Source of the DNA: Convolutriloba macropyga
Lineage: Eukaryota
DNA length: 64,000 bases
Assembly (NCBI RefSeq): GCF_964194025.1
Contig: NC_134472.1
Coordinates: 23,808,001-23,872,000, forward strand
Reading direction: 5' to 3'
A program made the position numbers and the translations under genes. Every line of letters starts with the position of its first letter. Positions within the stretch are counted from its first letter, which is position 1. Under the pieces are notes generated by a model, which saw nothing but the letters and a program-made list of their open reading frames with translations, did no database searches and was not told the DNA's origin. Shown in pieces: positions 11,640 through 21,669 of this stretch.

Positions 11640-14030
11640 CTAGCGCAATCAATAAAACAACAGATGTTCCAAGATCGAATATTGAAAACTTGTGTCATTT
11701 TAATAGCCATAATTGATTATACAGTTCCAGAAACTGAGTTGCAACTTGCAAATTGTTAACTGACACAAAATCAATTGTCCTTTAACCTTGAATCAACGAG
11801 TTTTATTGATGTCTAGATGTCAGAGATTCCATAGCTTGATACAGTTTCCCTACTTAAGAATCAATTTAGAAATTTTCTAGCTGTTTCGTGGCATCTGATG
11901 ATTCTTTGCGATAGCTATTAGAATAAAGATGAGAAACAGTCGCTCTCTTTCGAATAGCGAACGCGAGGCGCACATTATTATAAGCGCGCTAGTTGCGTTA
12001 ATACTGAAAACAGCTTAGCTATAGATACGGCCCCCGAAAAAATTGTTGTTTCCGTAGCCATATGAGAACAAACTAATCTTTTTTTTACACTAATAATGGT
12101 TTCAATTCCATTTGTGCTGCAGTGCTATCCGCTTGAACGATGGTCACTGTTGTTTTCGATGTGCTATGTAATTCTCAAAACAAATGCTCATATACAAGCA
12201 GCAAATTTCTACGAAATTCAACAAATACCGTTAGAGGCAACACCTACGACTTAACCGCTTCAGCACTATTTTAAAATCTTACTATTTGCATTGAAATACT
12301 GGAACAGATTTCGGCCTACCAAATAGAGAGAAAAAAATCTGGGAGACTACATTTGTTCCGACCCCACTTGTGGGGGAAGAAACTATACTCAAATGGGTTT
12401 TTTTGTTCAGACAATTTTGGCCGATCGATATATTCATGGTAGAGAAATGTGAGTGGTATCGTTAAAAAACTCGTCCAGCGTAGAGTTCGAGATAAAAAAG
12501 ATTTTTTTTGATTTTTGTGTTCTCCGAGGAGTTATCTAGGTTTAAAGTTTATTGTGAACACGTGATGTTTGGCATGATTTTGTTCACTTTTTTGTTCAAA
12601 TTAAGTTTATTTCTAGGAAAACATCAATTCAGAATTACATTTAATGCTACAATTGAAACTGTCTTGTATTTCTAACAGACGAAAGGCCATGAAAAGTGTA
12701 GTTTATGTATCAAAGGAACGTTTACTATCAAAAAAATTCAATTTCTATTTGAGAGCTGATATTTTGAAAACCTTTTCATATTTTTTTTCAATTTTTTTTC
12801 AAGTCACTTAGAGGCTAACAACTTTTCAAAATCCAGGTTCTGTTCATGACAAACTTGATTTAAAGAAAAATGATGCCCAATGAACAATTCATTATTTTAA
12901 AGGAACCTTTCATTTTTTTAATGGTCTGAATCTGAGTTTTCGTAATTTTTATTGAAAATTTGATTTTCTTTTTTAGAATTTAATAAAACTTTTCAGCCCT
13001 ATGACATAGACTCGTTGACTAAAAATGCAACAGCCTTCTTGAAAATCAGTAAACAATCCTATGCAATAATTTGAGTGGACAGCTAATGGCTGTTAGGACT
13101 TTTAAAAAAATTTCAAATTTTTTTGTTGAACATTAACCGATCTTAAACTTGTTACTATGAAACGTAAGCCAGTCTCACTATTGACAGTACCCCCTTTGTC
13201 TCTAATGCAACCAAAATGAATCTGGTTAGCAGTTTTATATTCTAACTATTATCATATTTTTTTAAAATTTCGGTTATTTTTTAAAAATATTTTTGGATAT
13301 TTGAAGTCCTATCACATTATCCTATTATTGCCAGCTTTCATTGGAAAACAGAAGAGTTTCAATAGTTTCAACCGTTTCTGGAGCTTAGCTTGACCAAATA
13401 AGGACTCTTTTCGTTTCGTAATGATTTTTTTGTTGATTTATCAAGAATTGTTTTGTTAAAACTTAATGAATTTTAAGATGTTTGTAAATATATGGTTTAA
13501 AAAATATTGGTTGATATTTGAATTTTGCCCCATTATTGCTTCTTTTTTCAACTTGTTATCTAGTCTCAATAATTCAAAATCCAATCTGTTTTCTAGTAAC
13601 CAAAAAATAAATTTCAGTAAGTGAGCCTGCATGTGAGTCTCAGGCTCAATAGCAATGGCGTGAGTACCGCCAACATTTGCCATCTGTAAATCAATAAAAG
13701 CCCAAACGAGTGTCCAACATTGAGTCATTGCAAAAATTGAGCCTCGAGAGGAGCAAAACACACCATTTTTTGCTCATGAATCTCTAGGTAGCGCCAAGTT
13801 AATCAGCATGCTGTTGAAATGAAAATTTTAGCACAAAATCAATATACTCAGAGGAAAAAGACGACAAAAAGAAAAAAGGTGAAGTGCAAAAAACAAGGCA
13901 CTGATATGTCATCTATTAGTTCAAACATGGCACAAACTGTTTGTATTCAAATCAAATTACAAGAAACTAAATTTACCGGTCGATTTTTCTCACTAGCTCC
14001 TTATGGAGCTCAATCGTCAGCTACTCAACC

Positions 14031-14445
14031 TGTCGTACGCGAGTGAATTTGCGTACTTGTTCTTGAGTCGCGAGTTGTGTTTATATTCTATGTCCTACTT
14101 GCGCGGCGAGTGCGCTTTACAGAATTTCCAAATGAATTCGCTTAGCGAATCGCGTACAGACTATTGTCTATCTTACTCGGGTTACAAAGACAGTTTGTGT
14201 AGAATAAATTAAATTGGGCAACTGTACTCGAGAAGCAAAATAAAGAGAATGAAAGAATAACTCAACTGTTATTCCAGAAGTCAAATAAAATATGAACAGT
14301 GTTTTCCCGTTGTGGGAAAATGGTAGCAACAGACATGCATGTGAAGTAATAATGATTTATACACATGCCCCTCAGGAATGGGTACACTGATTAAATTAAG
14401 TACATCGTATGATAAGTTTACTGCACTAAATTATGATGTACGACA
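14031..14445 (-). repeat. 3' LTR of element A
   Basis: About 3 substitutions versus 20928-21342 by eye; preceded on the minus strand by PPT AAGGCGGGAGAAA. Confidence 0.97.
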
Positions 14446-14592
14446 TTTCTCCCGCCTTCAAAATTAAAATTGCATGAAATAAAATTTTAATAACAATATG
14501 AATAATAATAATACTTATTCACCGGTTAAATAGTATCAACAATATATTTACTGGTTATCATAGCTAGTCATAATTAATAAAATATCAGTTTT

Positions 14593-17500
14593 TTACATAT
14601 CCGCTTCATCAATAATCAGTTCGTTAGACGTGCTATGATCAGCAGGCCGAATACGGGGGTCCGTCGGAGACACCTGTCCAATGATAGGCGAAGGAAAGTC
14701 GTTGCGAATCGGTTCAACTTGCGTAGCAGTGTCCACAATGGTTTGTATCACTGAGGGTTGAATCGATTCTATATCACCCACTCGACGCTTCCTACGGGGT
14801 GGAGCAAAGTTCGGGGGACATGAATTTGTGGAATCACCCGAAGAGTCGTCTTTATCATAACCATAATATTTGGGGCTTTTTCGGGTTCGTTTAGTGGATC
14901 GTGGTAGAGTATCGGCGAAAGATGTTGGAGCAGGATGAGGTGGTTCAATTGTTTCTTGCTGCGTGTTTGTAGGCGGAGGTGCAATAATCACTTCTTCCGT
15001 TATAATTGGCTGATCGGGAGCAGCCTCTGGAATTCCAGGTAGTACTTGCGGGGCGAAATTATCCGGAACTTTTGGCATGCGTACTCGCATTGCGCGAGCA
15101 ATGTTCGATTTGTTCGAAGATATGCCGCTGCCAGTCTCCCGTTTTCGATGTTTCATCTTCCGGTCTCCTTTCTGGATGCGGGTACATTCTTTAGTATGGC
15201 TGAGTATCTTGGCTTTCGTTGTCTTTTCATGCGTGCGGGGTCCTCTGCGGTTGATGTACTCCGTCAATTTTGTCTTTCTTTCCTCACGAGAGCCAAATTT
15301 CGCAATATCACTATTGCGGACAGTGACTTCTACCTTACCCGGCTCGCGAATGACCGAAGTGTATTGGTCAGTCTTTTGGACAACCGATCCTGGTGCCAAC
15401 ACCTCATACAATCCGTCCAGGTTCTTCTTGGATCGCTTGTGGAGGTGCTTCTTTCTGGCAATATTGAGTTGAACCGCGTTTTCTTTCAGTGGGAGTAGTC
15501 GGTGTGCATGCGTGGTGCGAAGGAAGCGTGATTCGTTATCTGTGGTTTGCCGTTCGCGATTAGTAGCATCCTTAGTCGCCTTGCACATATTGCGCTCAAC
15601 TTCATCATCACTCCGGATGTTTCCCCAATGTTCTTCCGGCAGCAATTCGTTGGGGGTTACAGTTTCCTCATCTAAATAATGATTCAAAATTTTTTCATAA
15701 CTGAGGTCAGATGATATAGGTTGAGTACTTATATTACTAAGTGGTGTATTGGCCATACGCCCGAAGTGAGATTCGAATGGCGAAAGCTTAGTTGTTTTAT
15801 GTTTGCATATGCGAAGCTGGTATATAATTGATTTTAATGCTGCTTTAATGGTGAACGTATTTAGTTCTTTGTGTGCGTCTTTAATACATGCCAAGCGTTG
15901 TTTAATTGTACCAATTAATCGTTCTACTAAACCTATTGCACGATGATCATTTGCCGGAGCTGGTATTAATGTGATATTGTTTTTTGTACAAAAATTTTTT
16001 ACTTGGTTACCTATAAGACAACGGGCTTGATCTATTCTTAATGAACGAGGAACTCCATGAATTTGTATATAATTATCCAAAAATTTTATGACATTCGAAG
16101 CATTTGCATTCTCAACTAATTCCGCAGAAGGATATTTTGAAAATCTATCGATGCATGTTAAAATATATATTTCATGTTCTTTTTCGTTATTAATGGGCCC
16201 TGCAAAGTCTATTTGTATTTCTTGGTTGGGTACTATACATGGTGTATGTGGTTTAAATTGTTTTGCAGGAATAACAGATTTTAAATTTTTACCGATAGCA
16301 GTGCAAGATTTGCACTCTATTGCTTTGACTAGCAAATCGCGATTCATGTATGGCCACCAGCAGTGCTGGGCCATACATATCATCCCCCAGCTACCCGGGT
16401 GACTAGCGTGGAGGTCGTCAATGAGGGCCTCTTTGAGTGCATTGGGGATTGCCACCTTCTCCTCCATGCAGACGCACCCGCCTGTCACGTGAAGGTCCCG
16501 CCAATAACTGTGAAGATATGGGTTGAGGGCCTTCAGTCTTTCTTCGTCCCCCCGAATTATGCAGTCTCGCACTTTTTTTAAGACTGCATCCTTACTGGTC
16601 AGTGACGCGATGAGGCCTTTGCTAAAAACTTTCCCCACCACTCGTTCAAATGACATTACTTGTGGGCTATCCGTTAGCGGGGTACTTAGGTTGGAGTGCG
16701 ATGAAGATCTGCGAGGCGTGCTCGTTGTCGCATTGTCAGTGAATGACACGCGGGGCGAAGCTCTAGTGGGTCGAGTTGAGAGGGATTTTCCCTTGAGAGA
16801 AGATGCTTGTTGGCTCATTGTTATTGAGGTTGTTGATTTTTCAAATAAATTGACTGACGAAAAGGAAGGCAACTGAATTTCAGATTGAGTTTGGGAAAAA
16901 AGCACTTGATTTTTGTTTACCAATTGGGCACGTGAGTTATTTAAAGTATTTGAGTGTGGCTTACTAAAAAAGGTAGGAATTTGAGGCTGATTTTTGATTG
17001 ACAAGTGAGAATGACTTAAAGGATTAAATTTGGATGTATTTTGGCGAGCGAGTGACGCTTTTCTTGTATTTACTAGTCTTTGAGACTCAATTTGTACTGG
17101 GGTAGTTGTAAATGGTAGACTATGTGACGCATATTTGGAATGATTTGGGTATTTAGTAACTCGCGTTGCAAAAGAGTCATCTAAGGAATGCATTTTAGTC
17201 TTTTGAGTAATTAGTGAAGGATTATGCCAGGCGGGTGTTAATTTGTCAAAAGACTTGCGTACGCGCGATGCGAGATTAGGGGTGGTATCATTTAAATTAG
17301 AAGTGTTAACTATTGGAGGGGAATATGTGTTAGCGAGTTTGAAATTGTGTTGACGCAAATGTACTCGCTGATCATGTACACTAGTACAATTAATACCATT
17401 TGTGGAAGGGATAAATATAGGTGGCATTTGATCCGCGAATGAATTATTTTTATGAGCTAAATGTACTTCTGGAGCGTGTGTGCTATACATATGTTGAGAT

Positions 17501-19074
17501 TTGAAAGAGATAATATTATAGTTGTGTTTTTGCGACGCGAGATTTGAATTATTATTTGTTAAGCGAACATGCTGAGCGGGATTCATGTCTAAATTGACAG
17601 TTTGTTTGGATGAGGATTTTAGACTATTAATTCGCGGAGCGAAATTTGATTTAGCATTTGTTAAGCGTACCCGCTGAGCGGGTTTTATGTCTGGAGTCGA
17701 AGATTGTTTTGAATAGTATTTTGAACTAGTGTTTTGTAAAGCGAGTGAATTAGAAATGTCAGATTGGGGATTTTGAGATTCATAATCTATGTTTAAAACT
17801 TGTTCTGTAATGTTGGTGGAATTTTTATGTTCTCGATCAGTATCAATATAGAATTTATGAAGTGAATTAGCTGTGAGATTGTGTTTTTGTTGAAGTAATT
17901 GGGCATCAGCATGTATACTCGATAATGTTGCAACTAGAAATTCTTCGTCATATTTGGAAACACTTTTTGCTGGTTGATATGGGTTACGGGATATGTAATC
18001 AACTAGGCCCATTTTTGCGCCGGGCAAATGCTCTATTGAAAATTGATAAGGTAATAGACGGTCAACCCACCGTGCTAACCTACTATTATAACTTTTATTT
18101 GATCGATGCTCTTTTAAAATGGAAAGTAATGCGCGGTGGTCAGTTATAACAGTAAATTCTTTTCCATATAAATAGTTTTTAAAATATTCTATCGACCACA
18201 CTACCCCAAGGAGTTCTAGTTCGTTAATACTATAACGTTCTTCACTGCTGTTTAAAAATCGGGATGTAAAAGATATCGGTTTCCAACCATCAACTGTTAG
18301 TTGTTCTAGTGCTGCTCCCAAACCAGAACGTGAAGCATCACATTTGATTCGCGTATCAAATTGGGGGTTATAATGCATGTTTTCGGTATGATTTGCTATG
18401 CGAGTTTTAATTGCATTAAAATGTGATGTGTGAGTGTCAGTCCAAACAAATTTAGTGGATTTACGAAGTAGGGGTCTTAAAGGGTGGCAGAGTTGAGCTA
18501 AATTGGGAATAAATTTGCTAATATAGTGAACTGAGCCGAGAAATGAGCGTAATTTTTTGAGTGTATTAGGAGGTTGTAATGATATAATGGATGATGTTTT
18601 GGATTCGAGTGGCGAGATTCCAGATTGAGTTATATTATATCCTAACCATGAAATTTGTTGTTTTGCAAAATGACATTTCGGAAGATTGATACGAAGGTTG
18701 TCTGCATCTAACTTTCGAAGACAATCCAGTACGAGTTTAAAATGATCATCTTCTGAACCTTTACTAACGATTAAAATATCATCTAGGAAACAGAATGTGT
18801 TTTTAAGTCCAATCAGGGTGTAGTCCATTGCCTTCTGAAACTCGGCAGGCATGTCAATTAGACCGTAGAATCCTGTTTTGAATCGGTATGTGCCTGTCAT
18901 GTCACCACTGATAATATTAAAATTACAATGATTAGCAGTTTCAGGGTGTAAATTTAGTTGGCTGTAAGCATATTTAAGATCAATAGTAGAGAAATGTATT
19001 TGCTCCGCGGGTTCTGTTTTGTAGTTTGTAATTATTTGTGATATCGAATCTATGAGTGTTTCAATATTTGGCAT
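14593..19074 (-). CDS. pol: Pol (RT, RNase H, long spacer, integrase) of element A
   Basis: RT IDLKYAYSQ and FLDD; RNase H CDAS, ELEL, TDH; integrase HASH..CKSC, DFAGP, DQ, VER; same frame as the upstream ORF. Confidence 0.95.
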   Translation of the reverse strand: MPNIETLIDSISQIITNYKTEPAEQIHFSTIDLKYAYSQLNLHPETANHCNFNIISGDMTGTYRFKTGFYGLIDMPAEFQKAMDYTLIGLKNTFCFLDDILIVSKGSEDDHFKLVLDCLRKLDADNLRINLPKCHFAKQQISWLGYNITQSGISPLESKTSSIISLQPPNTLKKLRSFLGSVHYISKFIPNLAQLCHPLRPLLRKSTKFVWTDTHTSHFNAIKTRIANHTENMHYNPQFDTRIKCDASRSGLGAALEQLTVDGWKPISFTSRFLNSSEERYSINELELLGVVWSIEYFKNYLYGKEFTVITDHRALLSILKEHRSNKSYNSRLARWVDRLLPYQFSIEHLPGAKMGLVDYISRNPYQPAKSVSKYDEEFLVATLSSIHADAQLLQQKHNLTANSLHKFYIDTDREHKNSTNITEQVLNIDYESQNPQSDISNSLALQNTSSKYYSKQSSTPDIKPAQRVRLTNAKSNFAPRINSLKSSSKQTVNLDMNPAQHVRLTNNNSNLASQKHNYNIISFKSQHMYSTHAPEVHLAHKNNSFADQMPPIFIPSTNGINCTSVHDQRVHLRQHNFKLANTYSPPIVNTSNLNDTTPNLASRVRKSFDKLTPAWHNPSLITQKTKMHSLDDSFATRVTKYPNHSKYASHSLPFTTTPVQIESQRLVNTRKASLARQNTSKFNPLSHSHLSIKNQPQIPTFFSKPHSNTLNNSRAQLVNKNQVLFSQTQSEIQLPSFSSVNLFEKSTTSITMSQQASSLKGKSLSTRPTRASPRVSFTDNATTSTPRRSSSHSNLSTPLTDSPQVMSFERVVGKVFSKGLIASLTSKDAVLKKVRDCIIRGDEERLKALNPYLHSYWRDLHVTGGCVCMEEKVAIPNALKEALIDDLHASHPGSWGMICMAQHCWWPYMNRDLLVKAIECKSCTAIGKNLKSVIPAKQFKPHTPCIVPNQEIQIDFAGPINNEKEHEIYILTCIDRFSKYPSAELVENANASNVIKFLDNYIQIHGVPRSLRIDQARCLIGNQVKNFCTKNNITLIPAPANDHRAIGLVERLIGTIKQRLACIKDAHKELNTFTIKAALKSIIYQLRICKHKTTKLSPFESHFGRMANTPLSNISTQPISSDLSYEKILNHYLDEETVTPNELLPEEHWGNIRSDDEVERNMCKATKDATNRERQTTDNESRFLRTTHAHRLLPLKENAVQLNIARKKHLHKRSKKNLDGLYEVLAPGSVVQKTDQYTSVIREPGKVEVTVRNSDIAKFGSREERKTKLTEYINRRGPRTHEKTTKAKILSHTKECTRIQKGDRKMKHRKRETGSGISSNKSNIARAMRVRMPKVPDNFAPQVLPGIPEAAPDQPIITEEVIIAPPPTNTQQETIEPPHPAPTSFADTLPRSTKRTRKSPKYYGYDKDDSSGDSTNSCPPNFAPPRRKRRVGDIESIQPSVIQTIVDTATQVEPIRNDFPSPIIGQVSPTDPRIRPADHSTSNELIIDEADM

Positions 19075-19176
19075 TTGATATTTGTTCTTATGTATTGCTT
19101 TGTTAAGAGTTTTAGAATCTAGTGCTAATTTTATGGTTTGATCTCGTTTGACTGTAATTACGATAGGCGAAATAAA

Positions 19177-20928
19177 TTATTGGTCAGAACAGTTATTTAA
19201 TTTTTCTATATGTCCCTCTGCAAGAAGTTTTTTAATTTCAGTATTTACTCGTTCTTGTAAGTTGATGGGTACTTTTCTACCCTTTTGATGTTTTGGCTGG
19301 AAATGACGATGAAATTTGGATTTTACAATGTGTATTTTTGAACGACCAGTACGTGTTATAAGTTGAGGGAATTGTTGTGCGATGCGTGTTTTGAATGGAC
19401 ATTGTGATGTGATAGTGTTGACCATACTACCTTCCGGTTTTCGGTTTTGATTTACTGAAATTCCAAGAGCGTCAAATAGATCTCTTCCCACTAGTGGTTT
19501 TAGTCCATCACGAACTACAACAAATTCAGCTTCTTCAAGTCGCCATCCATTGCTCGCAATTGGTGCCTGTATCATACCTATCACATTTATAGGTTCATTG
19601 GAGAATGTTTTGAGTTCCTGAGGAGGCGCTGTCATCAACCATCGAGCAAGGGGAGAATTATCCACAGTTTCCGAAGCAAGGGATTCAGGCAAAATACTGC
19701 ATACGTTGCCGGAGTCGATGAGAAGTCCAATATGGTTGTTACCAATTTGTAGGATAGTGTTCTTTGGTTCAATCTGAATTGCGGTACTTGCGATGCTGGC
19801 GACCATGTTGTCATCTGAGCTGTCGTAATCCGATTCGCATTGCGGGTTAAAGTTCATATTTTGTATCGCATTTACTGTTTGGTCAGTAGTAGTTTCTTCA
19901 ACAGAGTTAACATTAGAACGATTAGGTTTGTTTGATGATGTTTTTGGTTTTCTGCATACTCGGGAAAAATGGTTTTGAAGGCCACAATTGTTGCAAGTCT
20001 TGCCTCTCGCAATGCATTTGACTCTATGGTTAATTGACCAAGTTAGGCCACAATTCCTGCATAGTTGGTTTGGTGATCGAGTAAAGCTTGATGTATTTGG
20101 TCTCTGATTTGGTGGTCGGAATGTTCGTTGAGGGGTTATTGCATTGACTTGCGGAGCAGATTGCGAGTTTGTAATTTGTAGCTGGTTTCTTTGGCCTAAT
20201 TCCATATTTATGGCCAAACGTAATGCTTGGGCTGGTTCTAAGGTTTCTCGCAGCAATTCTCGTTGAATTTCTGGATCCAACATATTTGCAATAAATAGGT
20301 CTCTAATGAGGGTGTCTTCCTGGCTTCCGAGCTCACAATTTTCAGAAAGTTCTTTCAATTTTCCGAAAAAATGTTCGATAGACTCTCCTCTTGTCTGTTT
20401 CGTGGTCAGAAGAACATATCTGTCGAATGTAATGTTGCGCTGACGAATAAATGCTGTTTCCATGATTGTCCAAAGTTCTGCTGTTGAGAGACTGTCCATC
20501 TTGAGGTGGGGGTTTTGACTACAGACAATTCGACGTCCTTCAGTGCCCAAGCTGAGGTATAGCATTGACACAGTTTTTCGATCGGCTTGCGCCCATGGCT
20601 TGTCTCCGCACATTATTCCTATTTCCAGTTGTCTCTGACATCGGTTTTCCCAATTCATTTTTGATTGAGCGTTTCTCGCCAATCTTTCCCGCTCCGATTG
20701 TGCCGATGATACTGTTATCGTAACCTCATAGATCGGTTCAAGTGGTAGTTGTACTGTTTCAGGTTTTGGTTCCAATAAAGTGTCTATTGTGATATTTTCC
20801 TTTGCAAGAAGCGCTAACTTGGCCTGCATCTGCCACTTTTCCCATTTCAGTGGCGGGTCTACACTTGGTTTATCCCAAAATGGCTCAATGCCAAGTGGGG
20901 TTCGTTTTTGAGCTGCTGGCTGCGCCAT
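19177..20928 (-). CDS. gag: Gag + aspartic protease + RT N-terminus of element A (5' part of a single gag-pol ORF)
   Basis: Zn-knuckles CRNC...H...C and CNNCGLQNHFSRVC; protease LIDSG and VGRD; ends at an in-frame TAA inside RT. Confidence 0.9.
   Translation of the reverse strand: MAQPAAQKRTPLGIEPFWDKPSVDPPLKWEKWQMQAKLALLAKENITIDTLLEPKPETVQLPLEPIYEVTITVSSAQSERERLARNAQSKMNWENRCQRQLEIGIMCGDKPWAQADRKTVSMLYLSLGTEGRRIVCSQNPHLKMDSLSTAELWTIMETAFIRQRNITFDRYVLLTTKQTRGESIEHFFGKLKELSENCELGSQEDTLIRDLFIANMLDPEIQRELLRETLEPAQALRLAINMELGQRNQLQITNSQSAPQVNAITPQRTFRPPNQRPNTSSFTRSPNQLCRNCGLTWSINHRVKCIARGKTCNNCGLQNHFSRVCRKPKTSSNKPNRSNVNSVEETTTDQTVNAIQNMNFNPQCESDYDSSDDNMVASIASTAIQIEPKNTILQIGNNHIGLLIDSGNVCSILPESLASETVDNSPLARWLMTAPPQELKTFSNEPINVIGMIQAPIASNGWRLEEAEFVVVRDGLKPLVGRDLFDALGISVNQNRKPEGSMVNTITSQCPFKTRIAQQFPQLITRTGRSKIHIVKSKFHRHFQPKHQKGRKVPINLQERVNTEIKKLLAEGHIEKLNNCSDQ
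20913..20927 (-). promoter_or_regulatory. Primer-binding site, tRNA-Ser type (TGGCGCAGCCAGCAG)
   Basis: Abuts the terminal CA of the LTR; complementary to the ...CUGCGCCA 3' end typical of animal tRNA-Ser. Confidence 0.75.
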
Positions 20929-21342
20929 GTCGTACGCGAGTGAAATTGCGTACTTGTTCTTGAGTCGCGAGTTGTGTTTATATTCTATGTCCTACTTGCG
21001 CGGCGAGTGCGCTTTACAGAATTTCCAAATGAATTCGCTTAGCGAATCGCGTACAGACTATTGTCTATCTTACTCGGGTTACAAAGACAGTTTGTGTAGA
21101 ATAAATTAAATTGGGCAACTGTACTCGAGAAGCAAAATAAAGAGAATTAAAGAATAACTCAACTGTTATTCCAGAAGTCAAATAAAATATGAACAATGTT
21201 TTCCCGTTGTGGGAAAATGGTAGCAACAGACATGCATGTGAAGTAATAATGATTTATACACATGCCCCTCAGGAATGGGTACACTGATTAAATTAAGTAC
21301 ATCGTATGATAAGTTTACTGCACTAAATTATGATGTACGACA
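20928..21342 (-). repeat. 5' LTR of element A
   Basis: Direct repeat of 14031-14445, followed on the minus strand by the PBS. Confidence 0.97.
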
Positions 21343-21596
21343 CAACCAACGGACATCTCAACGAAGAGTGAACCAAAACCATCATCTACAACCGTTACCC
21401 TCCCCACTCTTGATAGAAAGGTTAACACTTTCAGATATCTCCATTTATTTGGAAATGTTGTTCCATCTGATGAATTAGCAGCATTAGCCGAGCTCAATAT
21501 ACGTACTAAATTGTGACGCGTCATTGGGTTCCGGAGACGTTTGAACGATCTCCTCCTCTGTTAGGGGGTCTATTCAGGTGCAACTACTGTGAAAAT

Positions 21597-21669
21597 GGAC
21601 CAGTACTAGATTCGAACCAGCATCTCTTACTTGCAAGCCTAGTGTGCTACCCAATTACACCAACTGGTC
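21597..21669 (-). tRNA. tRNA-like sequence (TGC anticodon); likely a SINE head or pseudo-tRNA
   Basis: Acceptor stem GACCAGT/ACTGGTC, D-arm GTGT/GCAC, T-arm GCTGG-TTCGAAT-CTAGT, then TTTT; anticodon stem has 2 mismatches and there is no G3:U70 pair. Confidence 0.7.

Larger units (their letters stand above)
14031..21342 (-). mobile_element. Young, near-intact Ty3/Gypsy LTR retrotransposon (element A; Mag/K02A2.6-like gag)
   Basis: Two 415-bp LTRs with TGTCGTAC...GTACGACA termini; perfect 5-bp TSD CAACC (14026-14030 and 21343-21347); PBS; PPT at 14446-14458; gag-PR-RT-RH-IN order. Confidence 0.97.

Noticed and set aside
14593-15100. env gene or chromodomain after integrase in elements A and C
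   Set aside because: Tails are low-complexity, with no signal peptide, TM segment or chromodomain motif
19177-19179. Programmed gag-pol readthrough or frameshift
   Set aside because: The stop lies inside RT at a position that is Tyr in element C; a simple nonsense mutation is more likely
21343-21669. Ty3-style targeting of element A to a Pol III gene
   Set aside because: The insertion is about 250 bp downstream of the tRNA-like unit, not at its transcription start
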